Of a stretch of DNA of 64,000 nucleotides, positions 19,579-32,650 are shown piece after piece; position 1 is the stretch's first letter, and each line of letters opens with the position of its first letter. Location of the stretch: NCBI GenBank assembly GCA_002269645.1, contig NIVC01000106.1, positions 310,001 through 374,000 of the forward strand. Reading direction: 5' to 3'. The notes beneath the pieces are model-generated. The model had not been told where the DNA came from. It worked only from the letters and a program-made list of their open reading frames with translations, and did no database searches. The DNA comes from Macrostomum lignano. Lineage: Eukaryota. A program made the position numbers and the translations under genes.

Positions 19579-20498
19579 CAAACATAACGAGCGTAGAATG
19601 CTGGTAGAGTCGCTCGCTTGGCGAGAAGAATAAATAGAAAGCTTAATATCAACATCTGAATATGATTGCAATTTCTAACAACTTCAACGCGTTTCGCACG
19701 CCATGGTGCATCGTCAGGATTTTATTAGACCGACCCGAGAAATTGAGATTGAAAGCGATTGATTTCGTTCTGAAACAGACAGGATTATCAATCGCTTTCA
19801 ATCTCAACCTCTCAAATCGGTCTAATAAAATCCTGATTTTAGGATAAAATCCTAAAAATTACCTTAGGTGTCTACTGTACTAGTATATTTTGAAAAAGGT
19901 ACTGGTCTAACATAGCATATCTAAAATTTGTAGATATATATGTTTGCATCCACAGGTTTATCTAAAAGCTCCTTGTATATATCTGCACATTTTTGAAAAG
20001 CATAATCACAATACATAACTTTTCTACTTGATTTTGTCTTAAAATTCAGACTATTAATGGTCAATAGAATATACACAATTCTTACAAGCATGCTTTTAAA
20101 AAGATTAGTTTCAAACAAACAGATACTTAATATTTATATATACTAAAAGCTATCAAAAGTAATTAACTAGGCCTCTCATAGCCTTAGCATATCTAGTAGA
20201 GTCTATACAAGTACCATAATTGACTTGATACTCAAAAGTTGAGTAATCAACATTATTTTTTAATTTAAACTTGAGGAATCTCATACAATGTTGCTTTATA
20301 CTAGAGTAGTTGAGTTGAGTCAAGTAGTTGATAAGATTTGAAATAGCTTATTTGATTATAACTTTTAAATGTAAACACTACTATATTCTAAGAAAAAGTA
20401 ATTAAAAATTCTTATTATGCTTGAAACAAAATGTTTTATTTATCAATATATTTTCACTATAGAAATCAGGTAAAGTGGCTTGCTTGATGAAGAGTAGA

Positions 20499-20652
20499 TA
20501 AATAAAGGTAAATATCAACATGAAGTACCATTTGAGTTGCCGATGCATTTCGTCCATTTGCATTACGAAAACGATGACGATGTCCTAATGCAAATGGACG
20601 AAATGCATCGGCAAATCAAACAACACTTCATGTTGATATTTACCTTTATTTA
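20499..20652. mobile_element. 154-bp palindromic MITE-like element, possibly TA-flanked
   Basis: TAAATAAAGGTAAATATCAACATGAAGT pairs with ACTTCATGTTGATATTTACCTTTATTTA; inner 28-bp arms also pair. Confidence 0.6.
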
Positions 20653-21704
20653 TTTTCACTATAATATAAGGGGTCTTTAATATACTTGATACAAAATCAT
20701 CATATATTGAGGTTGCTCAGTTGCAACTATTTTGAAAATGATGGTACAAAATATATTATTATGTAGAAAGCTTAATCTTATCTGCATTTGTAAATGTTTA
20801 ATTTCTATGTATATTTAAAAGTTGATGTAGGGGGCCTTGCTTTATAGGTTAAGACACAAAAAAGGAATTATGATTAGCTTTATGATAGTTAATTTGGTAA
20901 TATCTGTGTTGATAACAGGTTACTTTAGAAGTTCAGTGCTAAATGTATATAGACTCAGAGAACATTCAATGCCAATTATTTTAAAGTTTTTGTTTTTTAA
21001 AGGTAATTAAAACATATATGAAATTAGGAATTCTGTTTGTTTCGCCCTTAAACCATTTTGGCCATGGACGTTTCACCCCTAGAAACTTTTGGCCCATAGT
21101 CTGTTTTGCCCATAAACCAGTGTGGCTATAGTACATATTTTAACCAAAATGGTGATTATGTAATTAAGAGATATAGCCATATATATATGTATTTAATTTT
21201 GTCTTTTTACTATGCTAATTTTTAGTTTTAATGTGTAACAAAATATGAATTGTTGCTATAACATGAGTTATTATAATTGTGAATTATTACAATTTTTATT
21301 CTAAGAAAATCTCCTTTAAAAGTGTGATAAGCCTCTTTAATTAGAGGATGAGAAAGGGTTATGGTAAAACCAGAAACACTAAAAGAATAGATCTGTCAAC
21401 CTTTTCCAAGTTAGGCATTCTTTGCCACCTTGGCCAAACTGGTTCAATTGGCTTAGAGTAAAAATGATCAATAGTCAAAATAGTCTATGGGCAAAATTGT
21501 CTATAGGCAAAATGGTCTGGGGGCAAAATATCAATGGCTAAAATAGTTTATAGGTGAAATAACTAGCTAACAATTTGGACTACCTACCAAATTGAAGAGG
21601 ACAACACAAATATTTTATTGCATGTATATTATATAAAATTATAATTTGAATTCTAATTACAAATATATACATCAATTAGGCTACATATGCACACATAGAT
21701 GGAC

Positions 21705-21788
21705 GGACAGACAGACAGACAGACAGGCAGACAGACAGACAGGCAGACACACAGATAGACAGACACACAGATAGACAGACACACAGAC

Positions 21789-21831
<43 letters not shown>

Positions 21832-21950
21832 GAGACAGACAGACAGACAGGCAGACACACAGATAGACACACAGACAGACAGACAGACAGACAGACAGGT
21901 AGGCAGACACACAGACAGACACACAGACAGACAGACAGACAGACATACAC
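21705..21950. repeat. (GACA)n microsatellite
   Basis: Read directly. Confidence 0.95.
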
Positions 21951-24900
21951 ACACATTATGCATAGAGTAAAACAATAGGCCTAAGATCAAATAATAGCTA
22001 AGTTAATAAATTAATAATAACAAATAGAAATAAAAGCAAACAGTTAATCTAGAAAATAAATACAGAATAGAAAAGTTAAAGAATTCTCAAGACTCAAAAT
22101 TAAACATCATCTTAAAAATGGTAAAAATTGTAAAAGACTGTAAAAATATTATAAAAAATATTACAATAAAATTTGTAAATAATAGACACTCAATAACCAA
22201 TGTTTTATAAAATATACATTTGGCCAAAAATACCTTATTACCAATTGGAAATATCTCAATATCTAATCTCTTTAAGTAACACTGACATCAATAAGAAATG
22301 TATAGTCATTACTAACCATGGCTTCTTTTAAAGAAATATTTCATTACAAAGTGGTTACTCTCCTATCTGCCCCTTATGTGATTAAGAGAAGGAAATATTG
22401 ATTGCTATTTTTTATGACATAACCAGAAAATGTTATTTTCTAGTTGAGTTGACAGTCATTTTATCTGCTGCCAGTTTGTCTGGCACTCTTTTGTCTGCCA
22501 AAATATGATGCAATCATATTGTCAACAAAATATTAAATACAATGTCAGTCTAAAGGAAATATCTAGACTGTATATCTTAAAAATATTCAAAAGTAAAAAT
22601 AAGGAACTCCTTTTTTAAAGTATGAGTATAGTTATACATATTATTTTAAGACTTACCAAATGTTGACTTGACATATAGGTCTATATAAGTATATAATTTG
22701 AAGTTAAGTTTATATAAACTTTGCAACAGGATAGCAAATATTTTATCATCATTGGATTGGGATAGGGCCAGGAATCATAATAATGCTTATAATCATATTT
22801 AACTACAAACTACTTTATCTTCTAATTCACTAACAACTAACTGTCACAATACTTTTTTTAACAAATGTTTATATTAAATATATTTTTTGAAATATTGCAT
22901 TAAACAATATTATGCATGCAAAAAAGATATCCTTGATCACATGACTCTTTGCATAACTTGCTAGATAAACTCACCATTCTAGATTGCATCTATAACCTAC
23001 ATTTGTGATTTTTTAGGGCTCTAGTCTAGATAGATAAAGATCCTTGGACTAGATGCCACTTTTGCAAGCTTTTCTGTTGCTTGCATGGGACAGGTCATAG
23101 GTGGGTGTGGCCCTAAGTAAGGGCAAGGCTAAAGATACCTTTCTATTTGTAGCTTAAGTTCATAAGTTGCAAATTGCAATAGGGGCTTTGCGGCTTTAGC
23201 CTAGGGCCATTCTGCAATTCTGCCTAGGGCCTAGGGCCATTGTAGCATTCTGCCCCCTAGCATAAGACAGTAAATAAGAAAGTAATCTATCACCAAACCT
23301 TTAAAAAATAATTAGTTTGTGCTAGCTAGGCCTAGCCTAAGGCCTATTCCTAGTATGTGCATAGTGCATAGAAGTATATATATAAACCCTAAGACTAAGG
23401 GAATAAGATCAAGTAAGTAATATAGATCATAGGCCTATTCATGGTGTTAGGGGCGGCGATTTCTTAGTTTCCCGCATTTAATTATAACCCCCACCCCCCA
23501 CCACCCTTGAATAGAGGGCGAAATAATTCCGTAAAATAATTAAATGCGGGAATCTTCAGGATCGCCTCAGGGGCCTATATAATAATACAAAATGACTCAT
23601 GAGTTCATAGGATGGTAGGACTTTAGGAGTATATAGAACTACTCATGTTCTTATACAAGAGACTTAGGCCTAATATTGTGCTATTGTAAACATAAAAATT
23701 GCCTATAATCTTCTAGCTAGGCCTAGGCCTAGTAAATCTACATAACATAACATTCACTGATTCACATAATATTTAGGCCTTAAGTAAAAGACATCCAATA
23801 CTAAGCCTACTGTCATTGACTCATTAGAATTTATGGTTAGACCAAGCATATACTGCATTGCATAGCAAATTAGCAGTGCATACTGGGATGATACTGCCTA
23901 GGCTAGGCCTACTCAAATATAGGCCTAATTCTAATTCGATGCCAAATACCAGATGCCAGATGACTATAAATATAATGACAATGACAATTAGTATATCCGT
24001 AGTAGGTAGGTAGGCTTGCGTACATATACATGGCAACGACCTTGAAGGACGACTTAGTACTACTTATGTCGTCCTTGATACAAGGCGCGTGAAGGCGGTA
24101 GAAGTATAGTCCTTGGACGATAAATGACCATCTTGTTAAACGCAACCCCGTAACCAACAATTACTCTTAACTTAAAAATACGCCGTAGAAGGCTGAAACT
24201 AACGTTGATTACATTATTTGATTACTCTTTATTTAAAAAAAATAGTGAGTAGATGAAGTAACTACATGAATCATTAGTAACTTTGTTAATATTTCCCTTT
24301 AAAGGCTACAAAATATCAAAATGCAGCGTATTTTGTAGAATTCTGACCATACCAAGGACTATACAAAATCTATTAAAATGGCTTGCTACTATTTTACCCT
24401 CACTACCCCGGTAGCAATAATCAATACACACCGATATGGATTTTCGCACTTCTTATGGATCTGCTGTCCTAGCTCCCAAAGGTCCCAGGTCAATTCGGTG
24501 ACAAGACATTTCGGTGACAACAACTTCGGTGACAACTTGGGACGTTTCGGTGAAACCAGTGGTCAATTCGGTGACAAGCTTTTTAGACTTGATTTGACTA
24601 TTTTTCGTTGTTAAATATTAATATATATAAGCTGTTAATATAAACTCTTATTAAAGTAATAAAGGTTCGTATGCTATACTATCAATTATCATTTTGTTTG
24701 AGTGCGTTTCGAGGCATAACACTTATGTTTAACAGCGCGCACTTAATTTTATCCATACTTTTAATTTTTCAACCCAAGTCAACGACAATTGATTATTAGA
24801 TTTTTTGTACTACATCTACATGTACATGTATTGTAGATGTACATGTACGTCTTAAAAGCCATTGAACGAGTTCAGAAAACAACTGTATATCTATAGCGTA

Positions 24901-25707
24901 GCTTATGACTGTACATGTTTTTATGTGCTAATTCAGGGACTATAAGGCAAGGGGCGCCAATAGGGGCGGACGTACCCGCGGATAGAGCTTGATAGAACTT
25001 ATTGAGCCCCCAAAAACCTAAGTTTGCACCCTTTAAACTAGATTTTTCGCCTCCTACACGCATTTTTTGCACCCCTAGCTTAAAAATTGGCGCCCCTCAT
25101 ACTCATGAATTATTGGCGCCCAAAACTTGGACCGACCCCCCCCCGCCCCCTCCCCCCCCAGCGAATGATGTATAGTCAAAGGCTATAGCTTCTTATTGGT
25201 GTCTGATTTTCGTAAACAAATTTATTGTGGTTACTAAATCAAGTTATTTTAAAGCAATTAGTTACAGTACGTATACAGTGTAAGTATATGAAATTAATCG
25301 ATAGTATAATGAGCTGAATGATACATCTAGTTCAGTTATTTAGCAGTGTATTTTAGCAAGGATAGAGAAGCAGTACACATATTTGCACCAAAAAGGCGTC
25401 AACACAAGTCGACACAACATGTACAGTACAATATAATGAGTACGAATGAGAATGAGAGTAATTCAGCTGGCGCAACCAGCTGGGGCGGAGGGCGGTTGCC
25501 CCTCCTTCGGGGGACCGGAAAAAATCAAAGGGGACCAAGCGAATGATTCGCCCCCCCTCAACAAATTTCTGGTTGCGCTACTGCGAGAGTACATGGTATA
25601 CGCGAGTAGTATAGTTCCCTAAATATCCGGCCTTGATTCTAGTACATGCACAGTCTAGTGTATATGTCTAGTACATATGTAGTCTTTGGTGCAACACAGT
25701 CGTCATG

Positions 25708-28242
25708 TCACTTCGGATTAAAGAGACGACCACAGGATTTAAGCAGCCGCCGAGTGCTTCGAGTACCTTGTTCATGTTCCGCCCAGTAGCGAAACAAACG
25801 AGACTGAACTGTGCGGTAGCCTTGCCGCTGCTCTCGACGCAGTACCCCTCTGGACAGCAGGTGAGCCTGGAGTGGCACCAGGATAGCTTCCTCGTGGAGC
25901 AGTTGCAGCAACAGATAGAACTGGAGGTTGCGACTCCCAGCTTTACGGTTTAGGCGATAGTGCCAGCCCTCCAGGTCGTTGTTAGTCCTGATGGGCTGAC
26001 CAAACACGCAAATGTCATCCGCTTTCCAGTTGCTGCCTTCGCCCAACCATGTACTGCCAATGTACTCGCATAGTTCCTGCAGTCTTTCGTCTGCCTGAGC
26101 AGCTTGCGAAGCTCGGAGGCTTTCAAAGACCTCGTTAATCTCGTCACGTGGCAGGTACGGCAGTGCCATCAACTTCCGGACGAACCGTTCTGTGCCATCA
26201 TCATCACGATAGGACTGCTGCAGACCCACGTTCTGAACTTTTCGCCAGACTGCCTGGGTCCAGTGGAAATTGCAGCCCTGCACTTCAGCCTGCGGAAAGA
26301 TGCGTCGAACCGCCTTCCAGGCTGGCTGCTCATAGTCGAGAACGAATCTCGCGGGTGAGAAATCGGGAGCGAATCTTCGAACTTCCCTTAAAATGGCTTT
26401 GTAGTCCCGGGTTCGTCTCCCAGACATGATAATGAAGGCCAATGGTACCTTTTTTGGTTTAAATAAAACGGCTTTTAGAAAAAAATTAAATATATAGGAT
26501 GCACAAACTATGATTTGCGTATTCCGCTACTAAGAGTAACACCATTTGATTTAGAGTTTCTATGCTATGCCTCCATGCTTTATACGAGCGTACTTGGTGG
26601 GCTTTATACTTTATGCTTTATGCTTTATACTTTATAAGCGTTTCAGTAGGAACTTAATTATTACCTGTTTTATTTGTCCTTCCGCCCTCAGAAAACCATG
26701 AAGTGAATAGAGCTGCACAAAAGGCCTTCTTACGATTGAGAAGGTTCCGTCCATGTAGATGTCGGAAGTTTTTTTCAACAAAGCAATCTGTTGCTCAGTC
26801 GCAAAGACAAGGTGACGACGGTCCCCGACTCGAACATCGCTTCTGTAAAAGCCATTGGGAATCGCTTCGTGCTGCAGCTCAAAGTTTAATGTCTTTGGCT
26901 CCTCTGGCCGTTGCCTTTCTCGAAAACGATTAGCTGTTCTAGCAAGATTCGCTGGATTTGGCAAGTTTTTAGCCTCTGACGAACGATAACTGTGTAGAAG
27001 TCGCTTCTCAGATAGAGCCGCAGCAGATTTGAAGAAATCCGCATCTGCTGATGTCTTCACGTCTCGAATAATTTTTCGTACTGCACAAGCATCAGCTGTT
27101 GGTGCATGGCAGTGGTTCCTTTTTCCTGGTCGGAAGTCTTCACCGGCTCTGCGATTTAGGGTCGCACAGCATGGCGTATGTCGATTGCGCTGAGTGCATC
27201 TGTAGTATTCGTGATCACCACGCCTACGGTGAAAACCATAGCTGTATCCTTTTGAGGAAACAACAAGGACTGAACCTCTATTGCTTCCGTTTTGAAGTAC
27301 CTCAAATGTCTCTGGACGATTGTGATCAGCGACTGGTTGAGGGTCTGGGTCTTCAATCGATGAATCAGCAGTAGCAGCAACTTGGATCTCAACATCGCTC
27401 TCTACCTCATCACTTTCGCTACCACCGGCAGCAGCAACTTCGATTTCGGCATCGCTCTCTACCTCATCACCACCGGCAGCAGCAACTTCGATTTCGGCAT
27501 CGCTCTCTACCTCATCGCCACCGGCAGCAGCAACTTCGATTTCGGCATCGCTCTCTACCTCATCACCACCGGCAGCAGCAACTTCGATTTCGGCATCGCT
27601 CTCTACCTCATCACCACCGGCAGCAGCAACTTCGATTTCGGCATCGCTCTCTACCTCATCACCACCGGCAGCAGCAACTTCGATTTCGGCATCGCTCTCT
27701 ACCTCATCACCACCGGCAGCAGCAACTTCAACCTCAGCATCGCTCTCTACATGTATCTCCTGAGTAGTGCAGATCATGCAGCACCAAGAAAAAGAACTCT
27801 TCTTCATCAATTTCTTATACTGTGCAGCAGAAATGAACGATGCTCCTAAAATAAAAAGCAAAAACAATTTCAGCCATTTATCATCTCTCCACATACCCTC
27901 TCTCCTCTCACCTCCTCTCCCCACCTTCTCTCCCCTACTCTCTTTTCCTCTTCACTCTCTCCTCTACCTTCTCCCCCTCTACCCTCTCTCCCCACCTTCT
28001 CTCCCCTACCCTCTTTTCCTCTTCACTCTCTCCTCTACCTTCTCCCCCCTCTACCCTCTTTCTCCTCTTCCATTTTAAGAATGAATACACACTAAGTTGA
28101 TGGAATGCAGAATATAGGGCATAAACTTACCAGTCAAACACAGTCGATGGAACCAATGTTTGCACTTGTCACAATTTAATGCAGGCTCCTCGTCAGTTAC
28201 TGCTCTGACACACGCTGGACAGACGTCTTCTTCGACTTCCAT
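25708..28242 (-). CDS. Spliced PHD-acidic repeat-FLYWCH-MULE transposase, about 677 aa (exons 28242-28131, 27845-26665, 26448-25708)
   Basis: PHD C4HC3 (CPAC...CDKC...HRLC|...CMIC) joined across a phase-1 GTAAGT...TTTTAG intron; FLYWCH (YYRC...C...HCH); YMDGTF, LDYE...GCNFHW, RTNNDLEGWH; phase-0 second intron KQ|VPLAF. Confidence 0.85.
27365..27750 (-). repeat. In-frame 48-bp repeat encoding (VESDAEIEVAAAGGDE) x about 8
   Basis: 48-bp period measured (27541 to 27589). Confidence 0.9.
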
Positions 28243-31217
28243 CAGACAATTGAGCTAGTATTCTTTAGCTAGCTAGTTGCTTTTTAGATGCAGAGAAGAT
28301 ATTAAGTCGATATTCTTGAGTGTTAAAGAGTAAATATATAGTGCGCCGACTGGTAGCTATATGGGTCTTGCGTTCAATTGCTTCTGTACAAGTATTGATA
28401 TAGGACGCATGCGCAATATACACGTAATGTGATGGCGTTTTAACCAATAGAATATCACAATATCACAGAATTTCGATTGCGTAGAAAGTAAGCAATTCTG
28501 ATTGACCACATCCGTTTAAATTACCTAGCATAACTTAATGCTGGTTCTGTGATTCATGGATTTAGCGGTTAGCAACCAGTAATTGTGATGTAATGAGTGC
28601 CAACAAGAGCACAGCAATTTTCTTATATAGTATAATTATCACATTCACTTAACTGTGTTGCTGAATGAACGAATAAGTGTTATTCATTTACTAAATGTAG
28701 AAGACCAAGTTTTGTATGACTTTACATTTGTACACATGTGTTTATGTTAACATGGTCACGATCGCCACGACCATAAGTTCACAGTACAGCTTTGTCAATA
28801 AGCGCCAAAATTAATTACATGATAAATTTCAAGCCAACTCACCCATAATCTATACTCTGTGAGGCGCACATACAGGTTCCTAGTCACTTCGTCATCTGCC
28901 ATTTCGTCATCTGGGGTGTCTGGGGTGCCCACCTCGACTAGGGTCACTTCGTCATCTTGATTTGCATGCACTACCTCAAGAGAGTCATTTCGTCATCCAC
29001 CAGTTCCAACTTCCAAGTGAATTGATGTGGCAATTAAACATATTTACATGGAATCCTAATCATCCCAGTCATTTTGACATCTCGATTGATAAAACCTGTC
29101 GATCGATCGGTTCTGCTTGCCGCAGCTGATAGTTAATAAAGACAAAAATAGTTTACACTAACTCGAATCTCACACAGATTGATTGGTTTGATGACGAAGT
29201 ATCCAGCATAACTAAATATTTGGTCACTTCGTCATATTATTTTTCAAAGCTACTTTGCTTCTGGTCACTTCGTCATCCGATATGACGAAATGGAATATGA
29301 CGATCTGACCAGTGACCCACATACAGTAGCGGATCTAGAATTTCATTTGGGGGCCGAAGGGGGGCCGGGGCGTCGGTCCAAGTTTTGGGCGCCAATAATT
29401 CATGAGTATGAGGGGCGCCAATTTTTAAGCTAGGGGTGCAAAAAATGCGTGTAGGAGGCGAAAAATCTAGTTTAAAGGGTGCAAACTTAGGTTTTTGGGG
29501 GCTCAATAAGTTCTATCAAGCTCTATCCGCGGGTACGTCCGCCCCTATTGGCGCCCCTTGCCTTATAGTCCCTGAATTAGCACATAAAAACATGTACAGT
29601 CATAAGCTACGCTATAGATATACAGTTGTTTTCTGAACTCGTTCAATGGCTTTTAAGACGTACATGTACATCTACAATACATGTACATGTAGATTGTAGT
29701 ACAAAAAATCTAATAATCAATTGTCGTTGACTTGGGTTGAAAAATTAAAAGTATGGATAAAATTAAGTGCGCGCTGTTAAACATAAGTGTTATGCCTCGA
29801 AACGCACTCAAACAAAATGATAATTGATAGCATACGAACCTTTATTACTTTAATAAGAGTTTATATTAACAGCTTATATATATTAATATTTAACAACGAA
29901 AAATAGTCAAATCAAGTCTAAAAAGCTTGTCACCGAATTGACCACTGGTGTCACCGAAACGTCCCAAGTTGTCACCGAAGTTGTTGTCACCGAAATGTCT
30001 TGTCACCGAATTGACCTGGGACCGCTCCCAAACCTTATCTCCCTATTGCTTTTAGGGAATTACCCACCTTTTTATTTCTTTTTCGTAGAATCTTAATGTA
30101 CAATATTCTTTTATCTGCTTTCCACCTAGCCAAGGACCTATATATATAATTGGTCCTTGATCTTAGCTAGCACATGCGCAAAAGCGCACACTGCCCAGCT
30201 CTTTCACTGCGCAAATATCACAGCCTGCAATTATCATTTACTGTAGCACAATTGTAGCATGGGAACACTCGATCAGTTTGCATGATCTGTGATCCCCGCC
30301 TAGCCTTTCTCACTCCATTTAACTACTCGAGCAAATAATCATCTTCTATACTTCTCAACTTTGTTAAGTGACTAACTATAAATGCTCGCAAAACCCTTGC
30401 CAGAGTTGCTCGCTATACAGCAATGTTTCCTTCTTATTTCCTGCTGTTATTTCTACTTGTAGACATGGAGCATTTGGCAGACACTCCCACACTTTTTACC
30501 TGCGCACCCAACTGTCCATGCAATTCTTCCCATGTTTGTTTTCAACTCCCCGCCAATTTATTTCATTTTCTTCTGCTATTACTCTGAGTCTGACTGCTCA
30601 CTATTGTGTACATGTATGTTCCTCCCGAATTCTCTTTTAAACTCAACTGCACATACAGAGTGCTTAACTAGTAGAGTCGCACACCCTACTCGCGTGATCA
30701 GGCTGGCCCACATCCTCTCCATTTCTTCATTATTTCAGCAGTCCTGCCCCCTCCCAATTTTTGTGCACCCTTCCTCTTCCCCTGTGACTCATGCTTCTCA
30801 TGCTTATCGCCTAAACACCACTATATGCTTCGAGCACCAACCCCACTTTTCTATATTTCAAAATAATTCATGCGTGTGACAATTAATTTATATCATCCCC
30901 TATCTCCCCAAGCCTTAATCTTCCTGCAGCTGTTATGTAATCCCCCATCATAAATCATTTTCTTCGTTGTGCCCCACCCCAATTTCTCGGCTAATCGCAG
31001 CACGTCTGGCAGGTGACGTCACCAGGTTTGCTTGGTGACGGAGGGCAAAGACAAGTCACGGCTTTTAAATATCACGCATCATATGCGCCTCACGTGATCG
31101 CGTGGCACGTGATCTGAGGATGATCTTGTAGATAAGAGCTCGTTTTGAGCCCTGAGCTGTCAAAACCTGTCCTAACCTGTCTGAACCTGTCCACTGGACT
31201 TTCTCCTTTCTCCCACT

Positions 31218-31400
31218 CAGGGACTACTCAAACACCGGGACGGGAAACTAGGAGTTTTTCACGAGGCTGGTCTTTTAGCAGCTGACGAGGCTGGCTGGTT
31301 TACTTTCATAGAGCGATGCGCTGTGTTACTTTGTTGTTAATGGTCATTTTCTACTGCTGCTAAAAAACCAGCCTCGTAAAAAGTTCCTAAGTAGTCCCTG
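31218..31400. mobile_element. hAT-type MITE (183 bp)
   Basis: CAGGGACTACT...AGTAGTCCCTG termini, longer imperfect inverted arms, 8-bp TSD CTCCCACT (31210-31217 and 31401-31408). Confidence 0.85.
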
Positions 31401-32594
31401 CTCCCACTCTGGTTTTACCCCGGCCCCTGACACCCGACCTCTTTTCTGACTCACTGCTTTTCCTCTGAAAGTGGCACTTCTTGATTTTACTCCCGTCTCT
31501 CCCCTTTGCTAATTTACGAGTAACTATGCACCCTTCCGACGTGTTTCGGCTGGGCTGATTGTCCGCGTGACTGCAGCCGCCACCGTGACCATCCGACGGA
31601 CCACCGCGTCAAGCGCAGCAGCCCTGCCCGCCGGCCGCGTCTGTATAAGGTATTTTTTGTCTGTTGCGCTGCCCTTGGGTATAGTCAGCCCCGGTCTTCT
31701 CCCCCCATTGCTCACCATCTTCTAATCTTTAAATCATAGCTTATTAATTAAATCCGTTAGGGCCAAGTTTAGGGCCAGTAATTCAGAGTATTAGCTATAT
31801 ATTCAATTTACTAAGCAGGGCATGAAATCGAAGCTGAGGATCAGAGGGGAAGGGGAAGATCAATGAGTATGAGCCGAATTTAACCAATTAATAGTCGTGT
31901 AGCAGCAACAATACGAGCTATTGTACTTTTAAAATAAGTCGCGTTAGGATGTGCACTGGGACCTGCAATTCCCCATCCCTGCTGCATCGAACCTTTCTAT
32001 AGGAGGAAAGACATTAAGATGACGTTATCTACTATCCATCCTTGGAATCCTGGGGCTTAGGAGGGAATCGCGTAGTCTAGGGTCGCTCACCAGCTGAAAG
32101 ATCCCGCCTATGCAAGAGTCCTCATTTGCAGCACTGACTAGACTGTACTTGTAAGCCTCGCATTGAGTCACTTAACTTTAAGCTGCCGAATGATCAACAG
32201 AGCTGACCCGAACTTTCTGTCCAGATAATGGGATCTTGTTGGCCGCAACGCCAGCTACCGCACCATTCGGAGGCAGACAAAGTCTAGGGTACGAGGCCTG
32301 GCTGCTGTACCTCTCATCGTCAGAGCCCAGGGGTTTCACAGGTGTTTCCATACAGCCCGGGTTTACGCCATTCATTTTCTGATACTCACCCCATTGACAC
32401 GCCATTGTTCTCTCCTTTCACTCTATTTTTCTCGACAGTTTTACTCGTTTACCCTCGAACGGCATCATATCTATCAGTTCCTCAGAATTGCGTCACTGCC
32501 TACCTGGATCTATCTTAATTTTCCACTTGTGACACGTGATGGCCCCATGCTTTTAGAAACAGGTCCGTGACGTCAGAATTAAGACCGGAGGCCA

Positions 32595-32596
<2 letters not shown>

Positions 32597-32646
<50 letters not shown>
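32597..32646. repeat. (GA)n microsatellite
   Basis: Read directly. Confidence 0.95.

Positions 32647-32650
<4 letters not shown>

Larger units (their letters stand above)
24481..30023 (-). mobile_element. Complete Mutator-superfamily (Phantom-type) DNA transposon, 5543 bp
   Basis: About 655-bp TIRs (24481-25136 and 29372-30023) with subterminal TTCGGTGACA repeats; 9-bp TSD GCTCCCAAA at 24472-24480 and 30024-30032. Confidence 0.94.

Noticed and set aside
31950-32420. Possible non-LTR retrotransposon 5' UTR with an HDV-like or hammerhead ribozyme (CTGACGA; GCC-TCCGAAT-GGT...GCCAA on the minus strand)
   Set aside because: I could not build P1/P2 pairings or find the hammerhead GAAA; an Infernal search with Rfam HDV/hammerhead models would settle it.
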